Assembly (NCBI GenBank): GCA_046598045.1
Contig: JBKJJJ010000174.1
Coordinates: 42,148-106,147, forward strand
DNA length: 64,000 bases
DNA from: Candidatus Eiseniibacteriota bacterium
GTDB taxonomy: Bacteria; Eisenbacteria; RBG-16-71-46; DASYSL01
Direction of reading: 5' to 3'
Below the pieces are notes generated by a model that did not search any database, was not told the DNA's origin, and saw only the letters and a list, made by a program, of their open reading frames with translations. The translations under genes and the position numbers were made by a program. Positions 37,820 through 46,713 of this stretch are shown one piece after another; the first letter of the stretch is position 1, and each line of letters begins with the position of its first letter.

Positions 37820-38722
37820 TCAGCCCTTGATCGCCGGGCGGATGGCGATGCGTTTGAGCACGCCGTCGCCGTACGACTCGGTGGTCACGCTGCCGTCGGC
37901 CGTGAGCGCGCGATGGATGACGCGGCGCTCCTCGGGCGAGAGCGGCTCGGTCAGGGCCTCGTCGCCACTGGCGATCGCCTCGGCGGCGAGCGCACGCGCG
38001 CGACCGAGCAGCGATTCCTTGCGCTCGGCCCAGTAGCCGTTGACGTCGACCAGCAGGTGGGCCCCCGGTCCGCGGCGCGGGTTCACGAGGCGCGACAGCA
38101 CGTGCTGGATCGAGAGCCGGGTCTCGCCCCGGCGCCCGGTGAGCAGCGCGTCGTCGGTCTCGCTGGTGAGGCTGACGGTGACCTCGTCGTCCTCGTGCGC
38201 CACCGCAACCTTCGCCTCGAAGCCGAGGCGCTCGAGCAGCCACTCGGCGTCGGTGCGCACCTTCGCGAGGAAGGCGTCGTCGACGTCGAAGCGCTCGCCC
38301 GGCTCGAGCGGCGTGCGCGGGCGGCGCGGACGCTCGGGCCGATCACCCCGCGACGGGCGCTCGCGGCGCTCCCCGCGCTCGGGACGTCCGCCGCGCACGC
38401 CACGATCTCCACGGGCGCCGCGATCCTCGGCGGCGCTGCGGTCGATGCGATCCTGGCGCGCGGGACCGTGGTCGATCTCTTCGTCCTCGGAGTAGGCGTT
38501 GCGCTCCGCCTTCGGGGCCGGCGGCGGCGGTGGTGGTGGGGCGAACTCGGGGCGCCACGTCGCGCGCACGCGGAACAGGCGGGCCACGCCGCCCATGAGC
38601 CCGGCCGGACCACCTTCCTCGAGCTTCTTGAGGGTGGCCTGGTCGGGCCGGGCGCCCAGCGTGTTGAGGGCGTCCAGCACGGCTTCCTCGAGCGTGTTAC
38701 CCGAACCGACGGCGCTATTCAC
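37820..38722 (-). CDS. jag: Jag/KhpB-type RNA-binding protein (KH + R3H domains)
   Basis: Conserved position between yidC and mnmE. N-terminal Jag_N. Arg/Glu/Asp-rich linker. C-terminal R3H-like [36 protein letters not shown]. Confidence 0.8.
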   Translation of the reverse strand: MNSAVGSGNTLEEAVLDALNTLGARPDQATLKKLEEGGPAGLMGGVARLFRVRATWRPEFAPPPPPPPAPKAERNAYSEDEEIDHGPARQDRIDRSAAEDRGARGDRGVRGGRPERGERRERPSRGDRPERPRRPRTPLEPGERFDVDDAFLAKVRTDAEWLLERLGFEAKVAVAHEDDEVTVSLTSETDDALLTGRRGETRLSIQHVLSRLVNPRRGPGAHLLVDVNGYWAERKESLLGRARALAAEAIASGDEALTEPLSPEERRVIHRALTADGSVTTESYGDGVLKRIAIRPAIKG

Positions 38723-38743
38723 GATCCCCTCCGAGCGTCATGC

Positions 38744-40456
38744 CTACGCGGCCTTGGCCTTGGGCTGCGCGTCGCCGCGGGCGATGAGCCACGACTGCAA
38801 CGCGGTCAGCAGGTTGATCACGGTCCAGTAGAGGACCAGTCCCGACGGCAGGTTGTAGAACAGGAACAGGAAGACCAGGTTCATCAACGTCATCGTGGTC
38901 TTCTGCTTCGGGTCGGTCGGCGACATGTGCATCTGGAGCACCATCGACCCGTACATCAACACCGGCATGAGGCGCAGCGGCACCGGCCCGATCTGGGCGA
39001 GCAGGTCCGGCGACGACAGGTCGGTGATCCAGCCCACGAAGCCCGCCTGGCGCAGCCCGATCGAATACCCGAGCACGTGGTAGAGCGCGAGGAAGAACGG
39101 CATCTGGATGACCATGGGCAGGCAACCCGAGAGCGGGTTGATCTTGTGCTCCTTGTAGAGGCCCATCATGGCCTCGTTCAGCTTCTGCGGATCCTTCTCG
39201 TGCTTCTTGCGGATGCGCTCGACTTCGGGCTGGATCTTCTGCATCGAGCGCATCGAGCGCATGCCCTGCGACTGCAGCGGGTGCGTCGCCGCCTTGGCCA
39301 GCGTCGAGAGCAGGATGATCGCGAGGCCCCAGTTGCCGACGACCTTGTGGAAGAACCCGAGCAGCCACGCCAGCGCGGACGAGAACGGCCGGAAGAAGTT
39401 GAACGCAAATGCGTGCGGCGGCTCGAGGTCCATGCCGATGCGCTGGATGTGCCAGTAGTCGAGCGGCCCGGCATAGAGCATGTACTGGTGGACGCGTCCC
39501 GCGGCGGGCAGCGGCAGCGTGATGTCGCCGATCACTGCGTCGTGGGCCTCGGGAAGCGTGCCCGGCGCGAGGTTGGCCGACGTGGCGACGCCATCCACGT
39601 TCTCGGCGACCAACCCGAGCAGGAAGTACTTGCTGTGGACCGCGAGCCAGGAGACGGCGCCCTCGCGCGATTTCACGCCCTTCTTGAGCCCCGTCGCCAT
39701 CTCGCGGCGGTTGTCCTTGCCGACCTTCGCGGTCACGCCGAGGTTGTTGAGGTCCTCGAGGTGATTGCGCTCGGTTGCCAGCGGCCACGAGCGCAGCGCG
39801 ATCCGGTAGTGCCTCAGGTCGAGCTTGGGGTCGAGCCCGGCGATCGAGACGGAGTAGCCGATGCGATAGTCGGCGGCGTTGAAGCGGAACGCCTGTTCGA
39901 TCGTGAGCCCGCTCGAATCCCGCGCGGTGAACGTGAGCTTCGCGACGTGGCCCGAGGTGTCGAGGCTCTCGGCCCACGCGTAAGGCACGTCGTCGAGGTC
40001 GATCGGAGTCTGCGCGTCGCCGAGGTCGAGCGCGAGCGCCGGATCCCCCGACAGCGTGGCGCGGCCCGAGTTGCCGTCCTTGTAATCCTTGAGCACGACC
40101 GAGAGCAGGCGCGCGCCGCGCGCGCGAAGGCGCGCCGTGTAGAGCGGCTGCTCGATGGTCAGGATGCTGTCGGCGCCGGCGGGTGCGAGCCACGTGCCGT
40201 TTGCTCCGCCCGCGCTGTCGGGCGCGGCCGGGACATGGCTGCCGAGGATCGCAGCGGCCGGACCCTTGACCGGCGCGGGCGCTTGCAACTGCGGCGTGCC
40301 GCCGGGGACCGTCGGTCCCGCGGGCGTCTGCACCTTGACCTGGGCCTGGCGCTGTTGCGCGGGCGTGGGAATCCACCCGAGCTTCTGGAACAGGAGGTTG
40401 GAGCCGAACAGGACGACGAACGAGAGCGCGATCGCGACCAGCGCGCGGCGATCCAT
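38744..40456 (-). CDS. yidC: Membrane protein insertase YidC
   Basis: N-terminal TM, large periplasmic domain, and the C-terminal five-TM 60-kDa-IMP core (..NPLSGCLPMVIQMPFFLALYHVL.. and NLPSGLVLYWTVINLLT). Confidence 0.9.
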   Translation of the reverse strand: MDRRALVAIALSFVVLFGSNLLFQKLGWIPTPAQQRQAQVKVQTPAGPTVPGGTPQLQAPAPVKGPAAAILGSHVPAAPDSAGGANGTWLAPAGADSILTIEQPLYTARLRARGARLLSVVLKDYKDGNSGRATLSGDPALALDLGDAQTPIDLDDVPYAWAESLDTSGHVAKLTFTARDSSGLTIEQAFRFNAADYRIGYSVSIAGLDPKLDLRHYRIALRSWPLATERNHLEDLNNLGVTAKVGKDNRREMATGLKKGVKSREGAVSWLAVHSKYFLLGLVAENVDGVATSANLAPGTLPEAHDAVIGDITLPLPAAGRVHQYMLYAGPLDYWHIQRIGMDLEPPHAFAFNFFRPFSSALAWLLGFFHKVVGNWGLAIILLSTLAKAATHPLQSQGMRSMRSMQKIQPEVERIRKKHEKDPQKLNEAMMGLYKEHKINPLSGCLPMVIQMPFFLALYHVLGYSIGLRQAGFVGWITDLSSPDLLAQIGPVPLRLMPVLMYGSMVLQMHMSPTDPKQKTTMTLMNLVFLFLFYNLPSGLVLYWTVINLLTALQSWLIARGDAQPKAKAA

Positions 40457-40459
40457 GCG

Positions 40460-40681
40460 TCAGGCGTCCCGCGTCGGAGTGGTGGGCACGGGATCGACGC
40501 CGTGGCCGCCCCAGGGGTGGCAGCGGAGCAGGCGCTGCGCGGTCAGGCCGAGGCCGCGCCACGAGCCGTGCCGGATCAACGCCTCCTCGGCGAATTCGGA
40601 ACACGAAGGCCAGTAGCGGCAGGTGGCAGGCAGCAGCGGAGAGACGAGGCGCCGGTAGAGCCGGATCACCAGGACGGTCAT
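40460..40681 (-). CDS. yidD: Membrane protein insertion efficiency factor YidD
   Basis: 73 aa from ATG 40681. YidD signature RYWPSCSEFAEEALIRHG and conserved Cys. The long track ORF 40460..40999 has a spurious N-terminal extension. Confidence 0.8.
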   Translation of the reverse strand: MTVLVIRLYRRLVSPLLPATCRYWPSCSEFAEEALIRHGSWRGLGLTAQRLLRCHPWGGHGVDPVPTTPTRDA

Positions 40682-40686
40682 GGGGA

Positions 40687-41085
40687 TCAAGAGTCGAGTA
40701 CTCCCAGTTGCTGCATGAGTTGGGCGACGTCGAGCGCCAGTCGATCGAAGTCTACGTGCGGCGCCGAGGGCAGCGCAATCAGCACGACCTGCCGGCCGTC
40801 GGGATGCACCCGGGGCCAGAGCGCCCGCGCGATCTGGCGCAGGCGGCGCTTGGTGCGATTGCGCAACACCGCGTTGCCCACCTTGCGGCTGGCGATGATC
40901 CCGACCCGGGACGGCTCGCCGACTGCGACGTGGGCGTAGGCCACCACGCACTGCCCGCGGCGGCTCAAACCCTCGCGGAACGCGCGCTGATACTGCCACC
41001 CGCGGACGAGGCGATGCGCGCGCCCAAAGCGCGCGCGCGGCTCCGGCCCGCCCGGTGGGACCGGGGGATCGGCGGGACGCACCAT
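40687..41085 (-). CDS. rnpA: Ribonuclease P protein component RnpA
   Basis: Position between rpmH and yidD. Basic RNR motif region (VLRNRTKRRLRQIARAL). Confidence 0.75.
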   Translation of the reverse strand: MVRPADPPVPPGGPEPRARFGRAHRLVRGWQYQRAFREGLSRRGQCVVAYAHVAVGEPSRVGIIASRKVGNAVLRNRTKRRLRQIARALWPRVHPDGRQVVLIALPSAPHVDFDRLALDVAQLMQQLGVLDS

Positions 41086-41119
41086 GTTTTCGTCCGGGAT
41101 GACGGCTCGGCGCGGGCGA

Positions 41120-41260
41120 CTACGAGGAGACGGTCAGACGCTTGCGGCCGCGGGCGCGACGACGCGCCAGGACCTTGCGACCGTTCGCCGTCTTCATCCG
41201 GGCACGGAAGCCGTGCACCTTCCTGCGGCGGCGGTTGTGGGGTTGAAACGTGCGCTTCAA
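41120..41260 (-). CDS. rpmH: 50S ribosomal protein L34
   Basis: TTG start at 41260, 6 nt downstream of GGAGG. Translates [47 protein letters not shown] (46 aa), matching the L34 consensus MKRTFQP..HGFRARM..GR.VL.RRRAKGRKRL. The 93-aa track ORF has a spurious extension. Confidence 0.8.
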   Translation of the reverse strand: MKRTFQPHNRRRRKVHGFRARMKTANGRKVLARRRARGRKRLTVSS

Positions 41261-41551
41261 GACAGACCTCCAGACAGGGGCGATTCCGGGAAACCCAAGA
41301 CCGGGAAAGTACTTAACTCCGGCCGGAAGGTCAAGGGTCGTGCCCCTGAAATTGCAGACCCTCTCCGAGGAGGCCGCGCCGGGCGCGGGCGGGAGGCCCA
41401 AAGTCGGCGGGCAGCCAAAATCGGACTCAACTCATTGTTCTGTATTGCATTAGGCTGACTCGCATATCATTTCAGGGGCACGAGGGAAGGGTTGCAGTCG
41501 TTCGCGGGGACCCTTAGCTTGTGTCCAACCCCCTCAGGAGGAGGCAAAACC

Positions 41552-42268
41552 ATGGACCAGAGCCTTTCCCGCGGCATCGCGATCGCCGACGCCGCACCCG
41601 AAGTCCGCTCGGCCTACCTGCGTAAGGTCCTCGGCATCACCGTCTTCGGCCTGGCCCTGGCGGCCGTCGTGGGCGTGGCGAGCGCGCTGGCGATCGCCAC
41701 TCAGCCCCGGCTGTTCTCGGGTTACTGGCCGCTGGCGCTGATTCTCGGCTGCTGGGCGATCACGAACTTCGTCGCCCGCCCGATGGTGTTCGGGACCGCC
41801 AAGTGGCCGGGGTTCCTGCTTGGGACCGTGGCGCAGGGCGCCGCAATGGGCTTCATCCTGCTGGTCGGCGTGCTGGTCTCGCAGCAGGCGTTCGCCAATC
41901 CCTTCCGACTCGTCGGGACGGCGCTCGGGATCACGCTCTGCACGGGCATCGGGCTGGCGATCTACGTCTCCGCGGAGCGGCGCGAATTCTCGCTCCTGCG
42001 CGCCGGCCTGGGTGCGGTGTTCATCCCGATGCTCATCCTGATGGGCGTCTCGTTCGCGTTCCCGAACTTCCTGGGCGGACCGATCGGGATCGCGGTCAGC
42101 GCGGTGTTCGTGCTGATCTCGGCTGCGGGGCTGCTCTACCAGCTCAACCTGGTGATGCACGAGTTCACCGAGGACATGGCGATCGAGGGCGCATACATCG
42201 TGACCATCGGCCTCTTGATCCTGTTCTGGAACGTGCTCTCGCTGCTCACCCGCATCTTCCGCCGCTAG
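41552..42268 (+). CDS. Bax inhibitor-1 / YccA family membrane protein
   Basis: ATG at 41552 after AGGAGGAGG. Seven TM helices. Family-typical N-terminal ..YLRKVLGIT.. and overall BI-1 topology. Confidence 0.75.
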   Translation: MDQSLSRGIAIADAAPEVRSAYLRKVLGITVFGLALAAVVGVASALAIATQPRLFSGYWPLALILGCWAITNFVARPMVFGTAKWPGFLLGTVAQGAAMGFILLVGVLVSQQAFANPFRLVGTALGITLCTGIGLAIYVSAERREFSLLRAGLGAVFIPMLILMGVSFAFPNFLGGPIGIAVSAVFVLISAAGLLYQLNLVMHEFTEDMAIEGAYIVTIGLLILFWNVLSLLTRIFRR

Positions 42269-42278
42269 GGAGCGCCCC

Positions 42279-42833
42279 TTGCCCACGCCCGCCGACGAGC
42301 TCACGAAGTCCGCGCTGACCGCGTCGGCGGGCGACCACCCCGGGACGATCCAGTCGTACTACCCGTTCTGGGACTCGTACTTCCGGCCCTACCTGCTCGA
42401 CGCGGTCGAGTTGCTGCCGGCGTCGCAGTTCGACTTCAAGCCGCGGCCCGAGATGCTGACCGCGAGCCAGCTCATCCTCCACATCGCCGAGGCCGAACGC
42501 TGGTGGATCCATCACATCGTCGAGCAGGAGCGCTACGAGGACTTCGTGGTCCGGCACGAGGACCCGGCCCGGGGCTGGGTGACCGTGTATGACGCGCCGG
42601 ACCACAACATGCTGCGCTTCACGCTCGAGGAGTACCACCGCCACACGCAGCGACTGTTCGGGCTGCCGGCCCGGGAACTCGAGCGCCGGGTGACGCATCG
42701 GCGGGAGAATGGCGTGGAGACGACCTACTCGCTGCACTGGATCCTGGCCCACGTCGAGGAACACGAGCTGCACCACCGCGCGCAGCTGAGCATGTACCTC
42801 CGGCTGCTGGGGATCCCGCCGCCGACTTTCTGA
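42279..42833 (+). CDS. DinB/YfiT-like (DinB_2) metal-dependent four-helix-bundle protein
   Basis: TTG start at 42279. His triad spread as LILHIAEAERWW ... HRRENG ... HVEEHELHHRAQL. Confidence 0.6.
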   Translation: MPTPADELTKSALTASAGDHPGTIQSYYPFWDSYFRPYLLDAVELLPASQFDFKPRPEMLTASQLILHIAEAERWWIHHIVEQERYEDFVVRHEDPARGWVTVYDAPDHNMLRFTLEEYHRHTQRLFGLPARELERRVTHRRENGVETTYSLHWILAHVEEHELHHRAQLSMYLRLLGIPPPTF

Positions 42834-42839
42834 GCCGAC

Positions 42840-44327
42840 CTACTCGACCATTTCCTCGGGGCGCACGTCGACCTTCTCCGGGTGGACCGCCTCCAGCACG
42901 GTGACGTGGCTGGAGTGGCCGCGCGGGACGCCCTGGTTCGCCAGGTCGATGCGGCGGCCGTCGAGCGACGGCATGCCGGACACCTCGCGCAGGATCTTGA
43001 CCACGGGGGCGGTGACGTCCTCGGCGTTCGGGTAGACCGACAGCGCGAGCTCGCCGCTCGACAGCCGCACGAGCGTGCCCGGGGGGTAGATCCCGACCGT
43101 CTGGATGAACACCTTGAGCAGCGTCGAATCGAAGCGCTCGGGAATCTTGCTCGTCATGTAGTGCAGCGCCTCGTAGGGCGTGAACGGGTGCTTCTGGTAC
43201 GAGCGGTGCGCGGTCATGGCGTCGAAGCAGTCGCAGACCGCGACGATGCGACTCATCAGGTTCTGCTCGCGCGGCCGCTTGACGTGCGGGTAGCCCGAGA
43301 GGTCGATGTTGAGGTGATGCTCGTAGGCGACGGCGATCGCGCGCATCGCCAGCGGCGACAACCCGTGGAGGCGCGTGATGATCTTCACGCCCTCGATCGG
43401 GTGGGTCTGCATGAGCGACCACTCCTCGGGCGAGAGCCGGCCGGGCTTGGCGAGGATCTCGTTCGGGATCACGACCTTGCCGATGTCGTGGAACAGGCCG
43501 GACACGCCGAGCTGCGAGAGCTGCTGCTTGGTGAGCCCGAGCCGGTGGCCGACGGCGATCGAGAGAATCGCGACGTTGACGCAATGCTGGTACGTGTACT
43601 CGTCGTAGTCCTTGAGCGTGGTCATGCCGAGCAGCGACAGCTCCTGCGACAGGATCAGGTCCACGATCGACTGCACGGCGCGCTTCGCCTGGCGCAGGTC
43701 CACGCTCTTGCCGCGACGCGCGGTGAGCATCACGTTCTTGGTCGACTGGATCGCGCGGAAGAACGTCTTCTTCGCGACCATGCGGCGACCCTGGGCCTCG
43801 GTGTCGGTCGGGTCCGCGGGCGGCAGCACGAGTTCGCGCACCGGCAGGATGCGCGAGACGCCCTCGACCTCGCACTGCGCGATGATCGCGTCGAAATCCG
43901 GCGGCGATTGCGCCGACTCACCGAGGAAGATGCGCGTGAAGGTCTGCAGCTCGCTGCGCTCGAGGCTCTGCGAGAAGCGCAGGCCCCCGACGTGCCGCCG
44001 CGCGAGCTCGTCGCAGATGAACTGGTGTGACGCGTAGCCGACCACGTCCACCTTGAGGCGCTGGTCGTTGATGTACAGGCAGTCGCCCACCACCTGGATC
44101 ACGAAGTCCGAGCCGAGCGACAGCATCTGCTGGATCGAGTCCATCAGGTTGCCGAGCGATTGCGCGTACGCGACGTTGCGCGCGTCGTAGAGGCGCGCCG
44201 TCTTCCAGAACACGGAGAGGTTCGCGGCCAGCGAGCGGCCGGCGACGGTCAGGCGCGAGGCATGGGCCTCGTCACCGACATCGCGCGAAAGTTCGCGGGC
44301 GGAGTTGCCGTCGTGATGGGGGTTCAT
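42840..44327 (-). CDS. HD-GYP domain c-di-GMP phosphodiesterase with an N-terminal DUF3391-like domain
   Basis: ATG at 44327 (MNPHHDG). HD motif GLFHDIGK. GYP motif HHLNIDLSGYP. The start overlaps the upstream gene's stop (ATGA). Confidence 0.85.
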   Translation of the reverse strand: MNPHHDGNSARELSRDVGDEAHASRLTVAGRSLAANLSVFWKTARLYDARNVAYAQSLGNLMDSIQQMLSLGSDFVIQVVGDCLYINDQRLKVDVVGYASHQFICDELARRHVGGLRFSQSLERSELQTFTRIFLGESAQSPPDFDAIIAQCEVEGVSRILPVRELVLPPADPTDTEAQGRRMVAKKTFFRAIQSTKNVMLTARRGKSVDLRQAKRAVQSIVDLILSQELSLLGMTTLKDYDEYTYQHCVNVAILSIAVGHRLGLTKQQLSQLGVSGLFHDIGKVVIPNEILAKPGRLSPEEWSLMQTHPIEGVKIITRLHGLSPLAMRAIAVAYEHHLNIDLSGYPHVKRPREQNLMSRIVAVCDCFDAMTAHRSYQKHPFTPYEALHYMTSKIPERFDSTLLKVFIQTVGIYPPGTLVRLSSGELALSVYPNAEDVTAPVVKILREVSGMPSLDGRRIDLANQGVPRGHSSHVTVLEAVHPEKVDVRPEEMVE

Positions 44328-46300
44328 GCGGCCTGGTCCTGGCTTTCCTCGAGCGCCTTCCTGCTGGCGCCCCGCACCGCGGGAATGAGGCTCCGGGCGT
44401 GCCGCCTGAGCACGGCCTGGGCATCGGGATCGTTCATGTGCGCCAGCGCCTGGGCGGCGAGTTCGCGGCGCGCGCGCAGGTCGCTGCCGCCGCCGAGGCG
44501 CCACAGGCCGAGCCACGCGTCGAGCGTGGCCAGCACCACGGGACCGCCGACGCCGACCAGCGTGTCGAAGTAGGCGCCGCGCTCCACCGTCGATTGCTCC
44601 GCGAAGCGCGGGCCGCCGAGCACGGCGAGCAGCCGCTCGGCGAGCGCGCGGCTTTCCTGCGCGGCGCCGAACGACTCGCGCACCGCGTGCAGGCCGGCCG
44701 CGCGGACCTGGGGATCGTCGTCGTCGAGCGCGCGCAGGAGATAAGGCCGCGAGTTGGGGTTGCCCGTCGCGGCGATCGCGGCGATCGCCTCCTTGCGCAC
44801 GCGGGCCTCCACGTGCGACGTGGCGGCCGTGAGCGCCTGCTCGGCGTCGGGGCTGCCGACCTGCGCAAGCACCTGCACGAGCAACCGCGCGGCCGCGGGC
44901 GGCGCGTGATCGATGCGCCCGCGCACGGCGGCGAGATCCTGCTTCGCGAGCTCGACCAGCGCGAGCTGGAGGTAGCCGTGCAGCGAGTGCAGGTCGACGT
45001 CGACCAGCAGGTCCACGACCGGGTCGATCACGCGCGGACCGAGGTGCACGAGAAATTCGGGAAGCAACGATCCGTCGGCCTCGGGGTGGCGCCCGAGCGC
45101 GGACACCGCTTGCGCGGTGAGATCGCGCACGTCGGGCATGAAGCCCTGTGGGTCGTGCCCGCGGCTGGCGGAGAGGGTCTTGAGCGTCGCGACGATCTCG
45201 ACCGCGTGGCGGAGGTCGGCCTCCTGCACGACGACGATCAGCAGGTCGCCGAACGCGCGCGCGAGATCGGCGAACGCCTCGGGCTTGGTCTCGATCTCGG
45301 CGACCTCGGTCAGGATCTCGAGCACCACGTCGTGCAGCGAGCGCGAGTGCTCGCGGTGGATCTCCTCGGCGAGCGCCTCGATCTCCTGCGACGTGAGATG
45401 CAGGAAGTCGCTCGAGCAGCTCTCGTCGACGTGCGCCACCGGCACGAGTTCGTTCCAGTCGTCGGCGCGGTGGCCGGAGCCGCCGTCCTCCGCGGTCCAG
45501 CCGTGATGCTCGGTCCAGGGCACGCCGGTCAGCTCGTCGACCGCCTCGGACTCGTCGCGCTGCGGGAACGAGAGCTCCAGCTCGGCGCGCGCCTCCGCGC
45601 TCAACTGCTGCAGGTCCATGCTCTCGTGCAGGTCGTCGATCGCGAGGTAGGCGTACGAGATGTGCGAGAACTCCTGCTCCCAGAACAGCGTCACCAGGTC
45701 GTCCTCGAGCGAGGCCGATTCCATCGCGTGCGCCATCACCGAGAGGAAATCCTCGAGCTCCTCGGAGGCGAGGCCCTCCTGGAAGACCAGCTCGGTGATG
45801 CCGTCCTTCGAGAAGCGGAACGCGATCGATTCCTTCTTGCTCGTGTTGTTGTAGATGCTCTGCCCGAGGAACAGGAGGTCGAACTGCTGCACGGTGACGT
45901 GGACGTCGCCGACGGCCTCGAGCGTCTCCGACATCGCGATCGTGGCTTCGGCGAGGATCCGTTGGAGCTGGGGATTGTTCGCCGGATACATGCGCTTGGC
46001 CTTGAGCGCGCGCACCAGGATGCGCATCAGGTCGCGCAGCCGCCCGATGGTCTGCTGCTCGCGCTGTTCGGCATCGAGCGCGGCGAGTCCCGGGGCGAGC
46101 GGAGTTCCCGCCGCCTCGCCGGCGGAAGTCGGGGACGACTCGTCGTCGTCGCCGGGCTCCACCGTCGAACCGAAACCGTTGATGGGCGTGTTCGGCAGTT
46201 TCAGGGGCTTCATGCGGGCGGGCGTGTTGCTGATGCCCTCGCCGCGCGAGCCCGGCCCGCCGGCCATGCCGCGTTCGTCTTCGGGTTGATCCACGGGCAT
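44324..46300 (-). CDS. HEAT-repeat protein whose N-terminal domain is homologous to the N-terminus of the downstream HD-GYP protein
   Basis: ATG at 46300 after GGAGGG. Acidic central region. C-terminal HEAT/PBS-lyase-like repeats (LLRALDDDDPQVRAAGLHAVRE). N-terminal block RMYPANNPQLQRIL...VTVQQFDLLFLGQSIYNN...FRFSKDGITELVF aligns with RLYDARNVAYAQSL...VIQVVGDCLYINDQ...LRFSQSLERSELQTF of the HD-GYP protein. Confidence 0.6.
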   Translation of the reverse strand: MPVDQPEDERGMAGGPGSRGEGISNTPARMKPLKLPNTPINGFGSTVEPGDDDESSPTSAGEAAGTPLAPGLAALDAEQREQQTIGRLRDLMRILVRALKAKRMYPANNPQLQRILAEATIAMSETLEAVGDVHVTVQQFDLLFLGQSIYNNTSKKESIAFRFSKDGITELVFQEGLASEELEDFLSVMAHAMESASLEDDLVTLFWEQEFSHISYAYLAIDDLHESMDLQQLSAEARAELELSFPQRDESEAVDELTGVPWTEHHGWTAEDGGSGHRADDWNELVPVAHVDESCSSDFLHLTSQEIEALAEEIHREHSRSLHDVVLEILTEVAEIETKPEAFADLARAFGDLLIVVVQEADLRHAVEIVATLKTLSASRGHDPQGFMPDVRDLTAQAVSALGRHPEADGSLLPEFLVHLGPRVIDPVVDLLVDVDLHSLHGYLQLALVELAKQDLAAVRGRIDHAPPAAARLLVQVLAQVGSPDAEQALTAATSHVEARVRKEAIAAIAATGNPNSRPYLLRALDDDDPQVRAAGLHAVRESFGAAQESRALAERLLAVLGGPRFAEQSTVERGAYFDTLVGVGGPVVLATLDAWLGLWRLGGGSDLRARRELAAQALAHMNDPDAQAVLRRHARSLIPAVRGASRKALEESQDQAA

Positions 46301-46404
46301 GCTCCCTCCGAGCCGGTTATCGGCGAAAGGGGGGCGTCCCTGAAGGGAAACCGTGTTGCAATCTGCATCGGAAGGAATGGTTGACCGCGCGCCCGCGCGC
46401 GCCT

Positions 46405-46585
46405 ACGGTGCGAACAGTTTCGATCGGGTGCCCTGCAGCCAGGGGTGAAAAGGGAAGGGGGTGCGAATCCCCCACGATCCCGTCACTGTGATGGGCGAGC
46501 CGCGATTCCACGATGCCACTGGCCGCAAGGCCGGGAAGGCGGAACCGGCGCCGAGCCCTCAGTCAGGAGACCTGCCCGGTCCACG
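46405..46585 (+). promoter_or_regulatory. Cobalamin (adenosylcobalamin) riboswitch, Rfam RF00174-like
   Basis: Conserved elements in order: GGTGCC ... AGGGAA ... GGTGCGAATCC ... CACTGTGATGGG ... B12 box GCCACTGG ... GGGAAGGC ... AGTCAGGAGACCTGCC. It lies immediately upstream of a TonB-dependent receptor gene. Confidence 0.85.
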
Positions 46586-46713
46586 TTCCCGTGACTCTCC
46601 GCGAGAGAGAGGCTGGGCGATTTTCCCGTCCCGCCAAAGCGGGCGCCCGCCCGCCGCTCTCCCGTCGTGACGAGTCGCATGCCTGGACCAGCCACGAGGC
46701 GGGAGACCTCGTC

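Noticed and set aside
41261-41551. rpmH upstream region as the replication origin
   Set aside because: No dnaA gene follows and I found no TTATCCACA-like boxes there. The region looks like an ordinary divergent promoter.
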